64,000 nt of DNA from Acidimicrobiales bacterium (GTDB lineage: Bacteria > Actinomycetota > Acidimicrobiia > Acidimicrobiales > Bog-793), in NCBI GenBank assembly GCA_035294085.1, contig DATGLP010000006.1:2595-66594 (forward strand). The letters run 5' to 3'. The position numbers and the translations under genes are program-made. Positions 1-9,100 of this stretch are shown here, in pieces. The notes beneath the pieces were generated by a model. That model was not told the DNA's origin and did no database searches. It saw nothing but the letters and a program-made list of their open reading frames with translations. Each line of letters begins with the position of its first letter. The stretch's first letter is position 1.

Positions 1-159
1 GGGTGTTCAGCGCTCGGCGTGCCTAGAGACGGCCTGCAACTGTCGAACCCGGGCTGACGCTCGCCCGAGCGATCGCGTCGATCCGGCAATCCAGCACCGC
101 GCGGTCTCATCGCCCTACGCTCGCGACGCTGGCGGTCGAGACGAGGATCGGAGGTCGCC

Positions 160-2007
160 GTGGTCCACGCGGGTTCTGCAGCGCTGGTCGGGGCCGTCGT
201 GAACCTCAACACCCCGGGCACCTACCTGCACTGGTCCGTGCTTGTCATCTCCGTCGCGAACCTCGGGGTCATCGGCGCGATGCTCCTCATCTTCGCCGGC
301 GCCCTGCTCGTGCGCTTCCCGCCGGGGCGCCAGGTCGAGCAGGTCGGCGACCCGGAAGGGCCCGAGCGAGCCGGTCGCTCGGGCGGGGACAGCGCGCCGT
401 CGTGGACCGGCCGCCTCCGGCGGCTCGGGGTGCGCCTGCTCCCACCAGACAAGCTGCTCCCCGAGACGCAGCCCTCCTACGTCGCCTCCTGGATCTACGT
501 CTTCGGCGTGGCGAGCCTCGCCGCCCTGGCGGTAGCGATCGTGTCGGGCCTGCTGATCGCGCTGGGCGGCGTCGACTGGTGGCACTCGAACCCGGGCGGG
601 CACTTCTTCAACAGCCTGCACCTCTGGAGCGTCGAGCTCTTCATGGCCTTCATGGTCATCCACCTGTGGGGCAAGTTCTGGATGGCGGCCTGGCGCGGCC
701 AGCGCGGGCGGACGTGGATGACCGGCGTCCTCGCCTTCCTCGCGTCGGTCGTGGAGTGCTTCACCGGCTACCTGTCCCAGCAGAACTTCGACTCGCAGTG
801 GATCGCCACGAACGGCAAGGACGCCTTCAACGCTGCCGGCGTGGGTGGCTTCTGGAACGTGATGAACCTCGGCCAGATGCTCCTCTGGCACGTCGTCCTC
901 ATGCCGCTCGTCCTCGTCGGCCTCGTCGCCGTCCACATCCTCCTCGTCCGCTACCGGGGGGTCGTGCACCCGTTCCCCGCGCGCGCCGGGCGCGACGCGC
1001 TCGGTCAGCGCTCGGCCGAGGTGCGCCGGCCGACTCGACGCGAGCTCAGGGCCCACGACGCGGCATCCTGGCGCGGCCCGGTTCGCCGCTACGACCTCGT
1101 GAAGGAGGCCGTCGCCGCCACCGTCGTCGTCGTCCTCGCGGCCGTTGCTCTCGCCTCGCTGCTCTCCTCGCCGGACAAGCCCCAGATCACGCTGCGCCAG
1201 TGGGCGAGCGCAGACCCGGCCGACTTCGTGGCCACCGCCGCCTCCGAGCTCGCAGGTACCTCGTTCTCCGCGACGTACGGCCCGCCCTACAACAACGGCG
1301 ATGGTGCCGTGCAGGGCCTCGGCATCTCCTGGCAGCGCCTCGCCGGCATCCTCGACCCGATCGACCCGCAGCAGATGTTCGTCCTCGACCCGCTGCGCGC
1401 CGTCGCCGGTCACGACCGGGCCCTGCGTCGCGCCCTCGCTGCCTGGGGTGCCGCCTCGCCCGCCCAGCAGCGGTCCTGGGCGCAGGCCTACGCGACAGCG
1501 GCTGCGAGGCGCGTCACCTTCGCGACCGGGGGCGCACCGGTCGTCGCGCCCGGCAGCTACGGGCCGGTGCCCGAGCTCATGGCGGCCGAGCTGACCCTCG
1601 CGCGCGACGGAGGCCTGGACGCCAGCCTCCTCGCTCGCCAGCCCTTCTACGGGACGAACTTCACGAAGCCGCTGCTCTGCCTCGCCGACGGCAGCTACTA
1701 CGCCAACCAGGCGACCGCCGAGCACCTCCAGGGGAACCAGTGGGGCGTGATGAACGAGACGGGGAGCTACCCGGGCCAACCCTGGCTGTGGCTCTACCAG
1801 CTCTGGTACCACATCCCGGGGATCGACACCTCGGCCAACATCGACCTCATCGCCATCTACCTCACCGGCGCCGCGACCCTCCTGCTGCTCCTCGTACCCT
1901 TCATCCCGGGCCTGCGCGACCTCCCGCGCCTCGTGCCGATCCACCGCCTCGTCTGGCGCCACTACTACCGAGAGGCCGAGTCCCTCGGCGAACGCCGGCC
2001 GAGCTGA
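160..2007 (+). CDS. di-haem cytochrome b-domain membrane protein with extra N-terminal TM and long C-terminal extension
   Basis: 615-aa ORF with GGAGG (150..154) 5 nt upstream of GTG 160. Two His pairs lie in consecutive TM helices: HLWSVELFMAFMVIH (H-x13-H) and HVVLMPLVLVGLVAVH (H-x14-H). This is the cytochrome b/b6 haem-ligand pattern. No PEWY-type C-terminal half; instead TM, about 230 hydrophilic aa, then TM. Confidence 0.7.
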   Translation: MVHAGSAALVGAVVNLNTPGTYLHWSVLVISVANLGVIGAMLLIFAGALLVRFPPGRQVEQVGDPEGPERAGRSGGDSAPSWTGRLRRLGVRLLPPDKLLPETQPSYVASWIYVFGVASLAALAVAIVSGLLIALGGVDWWHSNPGGHFFNSLHLWSVELFMAFMVIHLWGKFWMAAWRGQRGRTWMTGVLAFLASVVECFTGYLSQQNFDSQWIATNGKDAFNAAGVGGFWNVMNLGQMLLWHVVLMPLVLVGLVAVHILLVRYRGVVHPFPARAGRDALGQRSAEVRRPTRRELRAHDAASWRGPVRRYDLVKEAVAATVVVVLAAVALASLLSSPDKPQITLRQWASADPADFVATAASELAGTSFSATYGPPYNNGDGAVQGLGISWQRLAGILDPIDPQQMFVLDPLRAVAGHDRALRRALAAWGAASPAQQRSWAQAYATAAARRVTFATGGAPVVAPGSYGPVPELMAAELTLARDGGLDASLLARQPFYGTNFTKPLLCLADGSYYANQATAEHLQGNQWGVMNETGSYPGQPWLWLYQLWYHIPGIDTSANIDLIAIYLTGAATLLLLLVPFIPGLRDLPRLVPIHRLVWRHYYREAESLGERRPS

Positions 2008-2025
2008 GCCCGCACCGGGCGAGCT
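2002..2025. terminator. small hairpin between convergent stop codons (possible bidirectional terminator)
   Basis: AGCT-GA-GCCCG-CAC-CGGGC-G-AGCT. The stem spans both stop codons (TGA 2005..2007 and the reverse-strand stop at 2024..2026). No U-tract. Confidence 0.3.
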
Positions 2026-3166
2026 AGCGGCGCCGACGTGCCGTGCCGTCGCGGCGCGCGAGGGCACGTGCCCCGGCGGCGAGCATCAGCACGAGGACGA
2101 CGGCCCAAGCCGACAACCCGACGAAGAACCAGACCCTCGCCAGCGAGACCATGAACCCGAGCCTGGCGGCACGCCCGAGCGTGTAGGACGCCACCGTGTA
2201 CATCCCGAGCGGGAAGACGACGCTCCACAGGCGCGGCTCGTACGTGCGGGGGTAGCCCTGCAGGAGGTAGCGCCACACCCCGAACAGCACGAGGAGCGGT
2301 ATCCACCAGGTGCCGAAGGCCCACAGGACGGTCGAGAGCCCGACGAGAAAGGGGCGCAGCTCGCCGACGAAGGCCCCGCCCGGGACGTGCGCGTCGGCGA
2401 GGATCCCCGCCGCGGCGCGCACGCTGATGGCGGTCGCCCCCATCGCGATCCAGTACGCCGGGCCCATCTCCGCCGGCGTGATCTCGACGAGCAGGAGGCG
2501 GAGGAAGATCGCGCCGATGAGGAGGAGGTAGAGGACGGCGCCGACGCTCCAGAAGCAGACCGCGACCGCCGGAAGCGCGGCGCGCAGCGCGGCCGGGGGA
2601 CCCCCGGGCGCGAGCGCGGCGGCCACGATGGCCACGGACTGGGTGGCGACGACCCAGACGAGCCAGGTGCCGTTCAGCTCGCCGAGGACGGGCCGTCGGG
2701 CGGCGACCACGATCGACCACGGCAGGCCGTAGGTGAGGCCGAGCCAGACGAGCGCGCCCGCGGCACCGAGGCCGAGGGCGACGAGGGGGTGCCCGCCGAG
2801 CGCGACGCGCGCCGCGAGCACGTTCGAGCCGGCGACCACGGTGAAGTAGGCCATCGCGGTCGTCGGGTCGAGGAGGCTGCGCCGCACCGACGCCCGAAAC
2901 CAGACGAGGCGCGCGCCGTAGGCGAGGGTGAGGAGCACGAAGCCGGCGACCGTGACGCCGAGGACGACCTGCGAGAGAAGGGGGTACCCGAGGAGGTCGG
3001 CGCCGACGGAGACGATCCCGCTCGCCATGACGAACGCGAAGTAGCCGGGGTCGAGCGTGTCGAGCGCGCGCCGCACGGTGCCAGCACGCCCCGCGCCCGG
3101 CGCGGCCGGCGGCCGAGCAGGGGCGCTGCCGCCCTCGAGCCAGGCGAGGGGGTCGCCGGCGGTCAC
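2024..3166 (-). CDS. TDT family (TehA/Mae1/SLAC1-like) anion channel/transporter
   Basis: The real gene is the C-terminal ~380 aa of the 515-aa ORF. GTG at 3166 lies 13 nt after the narI stop. The profile is polytopic and hydrophobic, with TDT-like blocks LDPGYFAFVMASGIVS, GPAYWIAMGATAISV and VVFPLGMYTVAS. The upstream part of the ORF is Arg/Ser/Cys-rich read-through overlapping narI. Confidence 0.6.
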   Translation of the reverse strand: MTAGDPLAWLEGGSAPARPPAAPGAGRAGTVRRALDTLDPGYFAFVMASGIVSVGADLLGYPLLSQVVLGVTVAGFVLLTLAYGARLVWFRASVRRSLLDPTTAMAYFTVVAGSNVLAARVALGGHPLVALGLGAAGALVWLGLTYGLPWSIVVAARRPVLGELNGTWLVWVVATQSVAIVAAALAPGGPPAALRAALPAVAVCFWSVGAVLYLLLIGAIFLRLLLVEITPAEMGPAYWIAMGATAISVRAAAGILADAHVPGGAFVGELRPFLVGLSTVLWAFGTWWIPLLVLFGVWRYLLQGYPRTYEPRLWSVVFPLGMYTVASYTLGRAARLGFMVSLARVWFFVGLSAWAVVLVLMLAAGARALARRDGTARRRR

Positions 3167-3179
3167 GTCCGGCCGTCGC

Positions 3180-3941
3180 TCAGTAGGGCACACCGATGCG
3201 CCGCCAGCGCCGGCCGCTCGTCCCCGGTTCGTTCGGGCGCGTCGCGACCCGGCTGCGGTAGACGACGTACGGCCGCCACAGGTACCAGACCGGGTAGCTC
3301 CACGCGTGCACGAGGCGGCTGAAGGGCCACACGGCGAGCACCGCCCAGGCGGCCGTGGCGTGCACCTGGTAGATGAGCGGGGCGCGGGCCACCGCGCGCA
3401 CGTCGGGGTTGCCGACGAACAGTCCCCGGAACCACAGCGACACGCTCTCGCGGTAGTCGTAGCCGCTCCCGAGCAGCCCCACGCCGACGGTCTCGGCGAT
3501 CCCGAGCACGATGACGATGGCGAGCAGGACGAGCGCCACCCAGTCGACGGCGGACGTCGTCGCGCGGACACGGGCGACGAAGAGGCGGCGCCCCGCGAGG
3601 ATCGCGACGCCCGCGATCACGCCGGCAGCCGCGACGGTGCCCGCCGAGGCGGCGAACCAGCGGTAGGCCGCCTCGGGGATCCCGATGGCGCGCGTGAAAC
3701 GCTCGGGCACGAGGATGCCGATGACGTGGCCGCCGATGGCGGCGAACGTCGCGTAGTGGAACAACGGGGAGCCCCACTTCAGCAGGCGCCGCTCCTGGAG
3801 CTGGGTGGACCGGCTCGTCCAGCCGAACTGGTCGTAGCGGTAGCGCCAGACGTGGCCGATCACGAAGGTGGCGAGCGCGACGTACGGCAGGATCACCCAC
3901 CAGAACAGCTGGAAGCCGGTGACGCCGGCGAGTCCGCTCAC
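3180..3941 (-). CDS. narI: respiratory nitrate reductase gamma subunit (haem b membrane anchor)
   Basis: 253 aa, the last part of the 985-aa ORF. GTG 3941 overlaps the narJ stop (GTGA). NarI-like blocks: FWWVILPYVALATFVIGHVWRYRYDQFGWTSRS, FHYATFAAIGGHVIG and PFSRLVHAWS. Confidence 0.9.
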   Translation of the reverse strand: MSGLAGVTGFQLFWWVILPYVALATFVIGHVWRYRYDQFGWTSRSTQLQERRLLKWGSPLFHYATFAAIGGHVIGILVPERFTRAIGIPEAAYRWFAASAGTVAAAGVIAGVAILAGRRLFVARVRATTSAVDWVALVLLAIVIVLGIAETVGVGLLGSGYDYRESVSLWFRGLFVGNPDVRAVARAPLIYQVHATAAWAVLAVWPFSRLVHAWSYPVWYLWRPYVVYRSRVATRPNEPGTSGRRWRRIGVPY

Positions 3942-4549
3942 GTCGCCGCGGCGCACGCCCGACCGCGTCCGACCGCCGGCGCGGCCCTGGCGCCGTCGCC
4001 ACCTGCCCTCGCCCCCCGCCGGCGCCCGAGCGGCCCGAGTCGGCGCCGCGGACGCAGAACCTCCAGCAGCCCCTCGAGCGCGGCGGCGTACGGGCCCGAG
4101 GGGCCGAGGTCCTCGCTCAGCGCCTCGAGCGCGCTGCGGTGCTCGGCGAGGAGGGTGGCGCCAACTGGCGACACGGCCGCCAGCTCGAGCAGCGCCGGGA
4201 GGAAGTCGGGCAGTTCGCCCGGCGCGAGCGCGAGGCCGAGCGACCGGTAGGTGCCGGCCATCTCGGCGAGGGCGGCCCCCCGCTCGCGCCCCTCGCCGTA
4301 GCGGTAGGAGGTGAGGTGGAGCGAGCGTCGTCGCAGGTCGAAGGTGTCGACGTAGTCGGCCTGCGCCTCGAGGAGGGAGCGGAGGGCGAGCGCCTCGCAG
4401 GCAGCGGCGAGCCGGGCGCGCGCCCGCGAGCCCGGGAGGCGGCCGAGGGCGCCTCGCACCGCCCCGAGGTCCTCGGCGTAGCCCTCCTCCGGGTAGCTGA
4501 GGAGCACCGAGGCGCAGCCGAACAGGACCGCCGCCTCCCGGCGCCTCAC
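3938..4549 (-). CDS. narJ: nitrate reductase molybdenum cofactor assembly chaperone
   Basis: 203-aa ORF. GTG 4549 overlaps the narH stop (GTGA). NarJ-like block YVDTFDLRRRSLHLTSYRYGEGRERG. Positioned between narH and narI. Confidence 0.85.
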   Translation of the reverse strand: MRRREAAVLFGCASVLLSYPEEGYAEDLGAVRGALGRLPGSRARARLAAACEALALRSLLEAQADYVDTFDLRRRSLHLTSYRYGEGRERGAALAEMAGTYRSLGLALAPGELPDFLPALLELAAVSPVGATLLAEHRSALEALSEDLGPSGPYAAALEGLLEVLRPRRRLGPLGRRRGARAGGDGARAAPAVGRGRACAAAT

Positions 4550-6137
4550 GCCGGCGCCTCCGGCTCCGGCGAATCGGGCAGCACCCGCAGGTGGAGGCGC
4601 CGGACCTCGTCGCGGCCGAGGGCCTCGGCCGGATCGGCGGGGTCGCGCACGAGGATCTGGCTCGGCGTGGCCGCGACGCGAGGGTCCTCGTCAGCGCCGA
4701 GCGCGCAGCCGGAGAGGGCGTGCTGAGCGAGCAGACGCCCGCCCTCCTCGGCGTGCGCGGGGGCACGACGTAGCGGTCCTCGTAGCGGGCGATGGCGAGC
4801 AGGCGGAAGAGGTCCTCCGCATCCGCGTCGCTCATGCCCACGGCGTCGAGATCGACAGCCGGCGGACGCCCGAGCTGGCGCGCCCGCATGAGGGCGCGCA
4901 CGGCCGCGAGGCGTCGCAGCGCGTCGCGCACCGGTCCGACCCGCCCGGCGCTGAGCAGGCTGGCGAGGTACTCGAGCGGGATGCGCAAGGCGTCGATGGC
5001 GGCGAAGACCGCCGTCGGGTCTCGCCCGTCGTCGCCGCGGTCGGCGGCGACGTCGACGACCGGCGAGAGCGGCGGCACGTACCACACCATCGGCAGCGTC
5101 CGGAACTCCGGGTGCAGCGGCAGCGCGACCCGGTGGCGGGCGATCAGCGCGTAGGCAGGCGAGCGGCGGGCGGCCGCAACCCAGTCGTGCGGGATCCCCT
5201 GACGCTCCGCCTCGGCGGCGACGGCGGGGTCAGCCGGATCGAGGAAGAGCGCGAGCTGCGCCTCGTAGAGGTCGGCCGGGTCGGGGCTCGCGGCAGCGGC
5301 GGTCACGGCATCGGCGTCGTAGAGGACGAGCCCGAGGTAGCGCAGCCGACCGACGCAGGTCTCCGAGCAGATCGTGGGAAGTCCGGCCTCGACGCGGGGG
5401 AAGCAGAAGGTGCACTTCTCCGCCTTGCCGGTGCGGTGGTTGAAGTACACCTTCTTGTACGGGCACCCCGAGACGCAGAAGCGCCACCCTCGGCAGCGGT
5501 CCTGGTCGACGAGGACGATGCCGTCCTCGGACCGCTTGTACATCGCGCCCGACGGGCACGAGGCGACGCAGGAGGGGTTGAGGCAGTGCTCGCAGATGCG
5601 CGGCAGGTAGAACATGAACACCGACTCGAAGTCGAGCCGGACGCGCTCGCCGAGGGCAGCGAGGTTCGGGTCGTCGCGCGCGCGCTCGGGCGCCCCGGCG
5701 AGGTCGTCCTCCCAGTTCGCGCCCCAGCGCGGGGTCATCTCGAGGCCGGTCAGCGCCGACCGGGCCGAGACCGACGGTGCCTTCGTCCCCGCGGGGGCCT
5801 CGATCAGGCGCGCGTAGTCGTAGGTGAACGGGTCGTGGAAGTCCTCGATCGTCGGCAGGTCCGGGTTGTAGAAGATCGTCGCGAGCCGCCGCAGGCGCCC
5901 GCCGGCACGCAGGCGCAGCCGCCCCCTTCGGTCGAGCTCCCACCCGCCCTTCCAGCGCTGCTGGTCCTCGTAGTGCCTCGGGTAGCCGACGCCCGGCTTC
6001 GTCTCGACGTTGTTGAAGTAGACGTACTCGGTCCCCGGCCGGTTCGTCCACGTCTGCTTGCAGGTCACCGTGCAGGTGTGGCACCCGATGCACTTGTCGA
6101 GGTTCATCACCATGCACACCTGCGCCATCACCCGCAC
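4546..6137 (-). pseudogene. narH: respiratory nitrate reductase beta subunit, reading frame broken by an apparent 1-nt deletion (or assembly error) near the 3' end
   Basis: The N-terminus MRVMAQVCMVMNLDKCIGCHTCTVTCK, four Cys clusters and IARYEDRYVVPP are NarH. The conserved continuation AHAEEGGRLL...SGCALG...PEAPA* lies in the -1 frame (ORF 4546..5085). The junction is a G5 run at 4759..4763 (C5 on the coding strand). One extra C would give VVPPAHAEE. Confidence 0.8.
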
Positions 6138-6150
6138 GCCGGCCTCCCGA

Positions 6151-9100
6151 TCAGAACGCCACGTCCTGCGAGCGGCGCCGGATGACGGCGAGCTCGTCCC
6201 GCTGCGAGCCGGTCGGCCCGTAGTAGTTGAAGCCGTAGGAGAGCTGGGCGTAGCCGCCGATGAGGTGCGTCGGCTTCATGACGACGCGCGTCAGCGAGTT
6301 GTCGGTGCCGCCGTGCAGCCCGGACAGCTCGGAGAGGGGCATCTCGAGGTGGCGATCCACGGCGTGGTACATGAGCACGGTCCCCGGCGGGACGCGATGG
6401 CTGACCGCGGCGCGCGCCACCGTGACGCCGTTGCGGTTGTACGCCTCGACCCAGTCGTTGTCGGCGACCCCGAGGCGGCGCGCGTCGAGGTCGTTCACCC
6501 AGATGACCGGCCCGCCGCGGAACAGGTTCAGCATGTGCAGGTTGTCCTGGTACTCGGAGTGGATCGACCACTTCGAGTGCGGGGTGAGGAAGCGCGCGAC
6601 GAGCTGCGGGCCGGTCCCCGGCCGCCGCTGGTCGCCGAAGGCGGCGACGAGGTCGAGCGGCGGGCGGTAGGTGGGGAGCATCTCCCCGAGCTCGGCCACC
6701 CAGTCGTGGTCGAGGAAGAGGTGCTGGCGCCCCGTGAGGGTGTGCCAGGGCTTCAGCCGCTCGACGTTCACGGTGAACGGGGCGTAGCGGCGCTGGGACG
6801 ACTCTGCGCCGGACCACTCCGGCGAGCAGATGACCGAGCGCGGCTGGGCGATCGTGTCGGCGAAGGTGATGCGATCGCCGGCGCGCTCGTGCGCGAGGTC
6901 GGCGAGCCGCACACCCGTGCGCGCCTCGAGCGCCTCGAAGCCGGCGACCGCGAGCCGCCCGTTCGTCGTCCCCGAGAGCGCGAGGATCGCCTCGCAGAAC
7001 AGGATCGCCCGGTCGAGACGAGGACGACCGTGCGCGACGCCGCCGCGCACCGTCCCGTTCCGGCTGCGCAGGTACTCGACCTCGGCTCCGACGGGGAAGA
7101 CGACCCCCTTCGTCGTCGCGCCGAGCTCGTCGACGAGCGGTCCGAGCGCGCCGAAGCGCTCGGCGAGGCCCGGGTAGTCCCGCTCGACGACGACGAGGCG
7201 GGGCATCGTCCGGCCGGGCACGGGCGGGCACTCCCCTGCCTGCCAGTCGAGCGCCCGCCCGCCCGGCTGGGCGCACTCGTCGGGGGTGTCGTGCAGGAGC
7301 GGCACGGCGACGAGGTCCCGGCGCACGCCGAGCCGCCCGGCCGCGAGCCGGGAGAAGGCCGCGGCGAGGTCCTGGAAGATCTCGAAGTCCGGGCGCGCCT
7401 CCCAGGGGGGCGCGATCGCGGGGTTGAACGAGTGCACGAACGGGTGCATGTCGGTCGAGGAGAGGTCGTGCTTCTCGTACCAGGTCGCCGCCGGCAGCAC
7501 CACGTCGGCGTAGATGCCCGTCGAGGTCATGCGGAAGTCGATGTCGACGAGGAGGTCGAGCTTGCCCTCGGGCGCCGACTCGCGCCACGCGACCTCCCTC
7601 GGGCGCGCCTCGGGCGGACACGGAGAGGCCGCGACGGCATGGTCGGCCCCGAGGAGGTGCCTGAGGAAGTACTCGTGGCCCTTGCCCGAGGAGCCGAGGA
7701 GGTTCGAGCGCCAGACCGTGAGGACCCGCGGGAAGTTCGCCGGGTCATCGGGGTCGGCGGCCGCGAAGCGGAGCCGCCCGGCGGCGAGCTCCCCGACGAC
7801 GAAGTCGTCGCAGCTGCGCCCCGAGGCGACGGCCTCGTCGGCGAGGTCGAGCGGGTTGCGATCGAACGTCGGGTGGGAGGCGAGCCAGCCGCAGCGCGCC
7901 GCGTAGAGGTTGCAGTCCGCGACGGAGCGTCCGGCGAGGCGCCCGACGCCGAGGGGCGTGGCGAGCTCGTCGGCCCGGGCCGCCTCGTAGCGCCACTGGT
8001 CCGTGGCGAGGTACCAGAACGGGGTGGCCGGCATGTGCCGGGTCGGCCGCACCCAGTCCGCGGCGAAGGCGAGGGTCGACCACCCCGTCAGTGGGCGCAC
8101 CTTCTCCTGCCCCACGTAGTGGGCCCAGCCCCCGCCGTTCACCCCCTCGCACCCGGTGAGCAGGAGGAGAGCGAGGAAGGTGCGGTAGATCTGGTCCGAG
8201 TGGTACCAGTGGTTGGTCCCCGCGCCCATGGCGATCATCGAGCGACCGCCTGAGGCCTCGGCGTTGGCGGCGAACTCGCGAGCGACGCGCACGGCCGCGG
8301 CGGCCGGCACCGAGGTGATCGCCTCCTGCCAGGCTGGCGTGTAGGGTGCGCCGGCGTCGTCGTAGGACGACGGCCACTCGCCCGGGAGCCCCGGGCGCGC
8401 CACGCCGTAGTGGGCCATCACGAGGTCGAACACGGTCGTGACGAGACGGCCGCCGAGGCGGACCGCCGGGACGCCGCGCCGCACAGTCGAGCCCCCCTGA
8501 CCCTCCCCGACGTCGAAGCGCGGGAGGTCGACGGGGAGCGCCTCGGCGCCAGGCCGCCCGTAGAGGCTGAGCGCCGGGCGGATCTCCCCGAGGTCGAGGT
8601 TCCAGCGGCCGGCCCCCGACTCGCTCCAGCGGAAGCCGACCGATCCATTCGGCACGGCCGGCTCGCCCGTCGCCTCGTCGAGCACGACCGTCTTCCACTC
8701 GGCCAGCTCGACACGCTCGCCGAGGTCGGCGGCGGTGAGGAAGTGGTCGGGCACGTACGCGTCGGCGCGCTCGCGCAGCGAGACGAGGAAGGGCAGGTCG
8801 GTGTAGCGCGCTGCGTAGGCGGCGAAGGGCGGGTCGGGTCGGTCCCGGTAGAACTCGGTCAGGATGACGTGGCCCATCGCCATCGCCAGGGCGGCGTCGG
8901 TGCCCGGCGCCGCGGCGAGCCACTCGTCCGCGAACTTCGTGTGGTCGGAGTAGTCGGGCGAGACGACGACGACCTTCTGGCCCCGGTAGCGGGCCTCCGC
9001 CATGAAGTGCGCGTCGGGGGTGCGCGTGATCGGCAGGTTCGTGCCCCACACGATGAGGTAGGAGGCGTTCCACCAGTCGGCCGACTCCGGCACGTCGGTC

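Noticed and set aside
3180-6137. Single 985-aa ORF that appears to fuse NarH to NarI
   Set aside because: The middle ~270 aa are nonsense-like Arg/Pro/Ser sequence. narJ is encoded there in another frame, and the NarH C-terminus lies in the -1 frame. The long ORF is a consequence of the frameshift plus a chance open frame, not a fusion protein.
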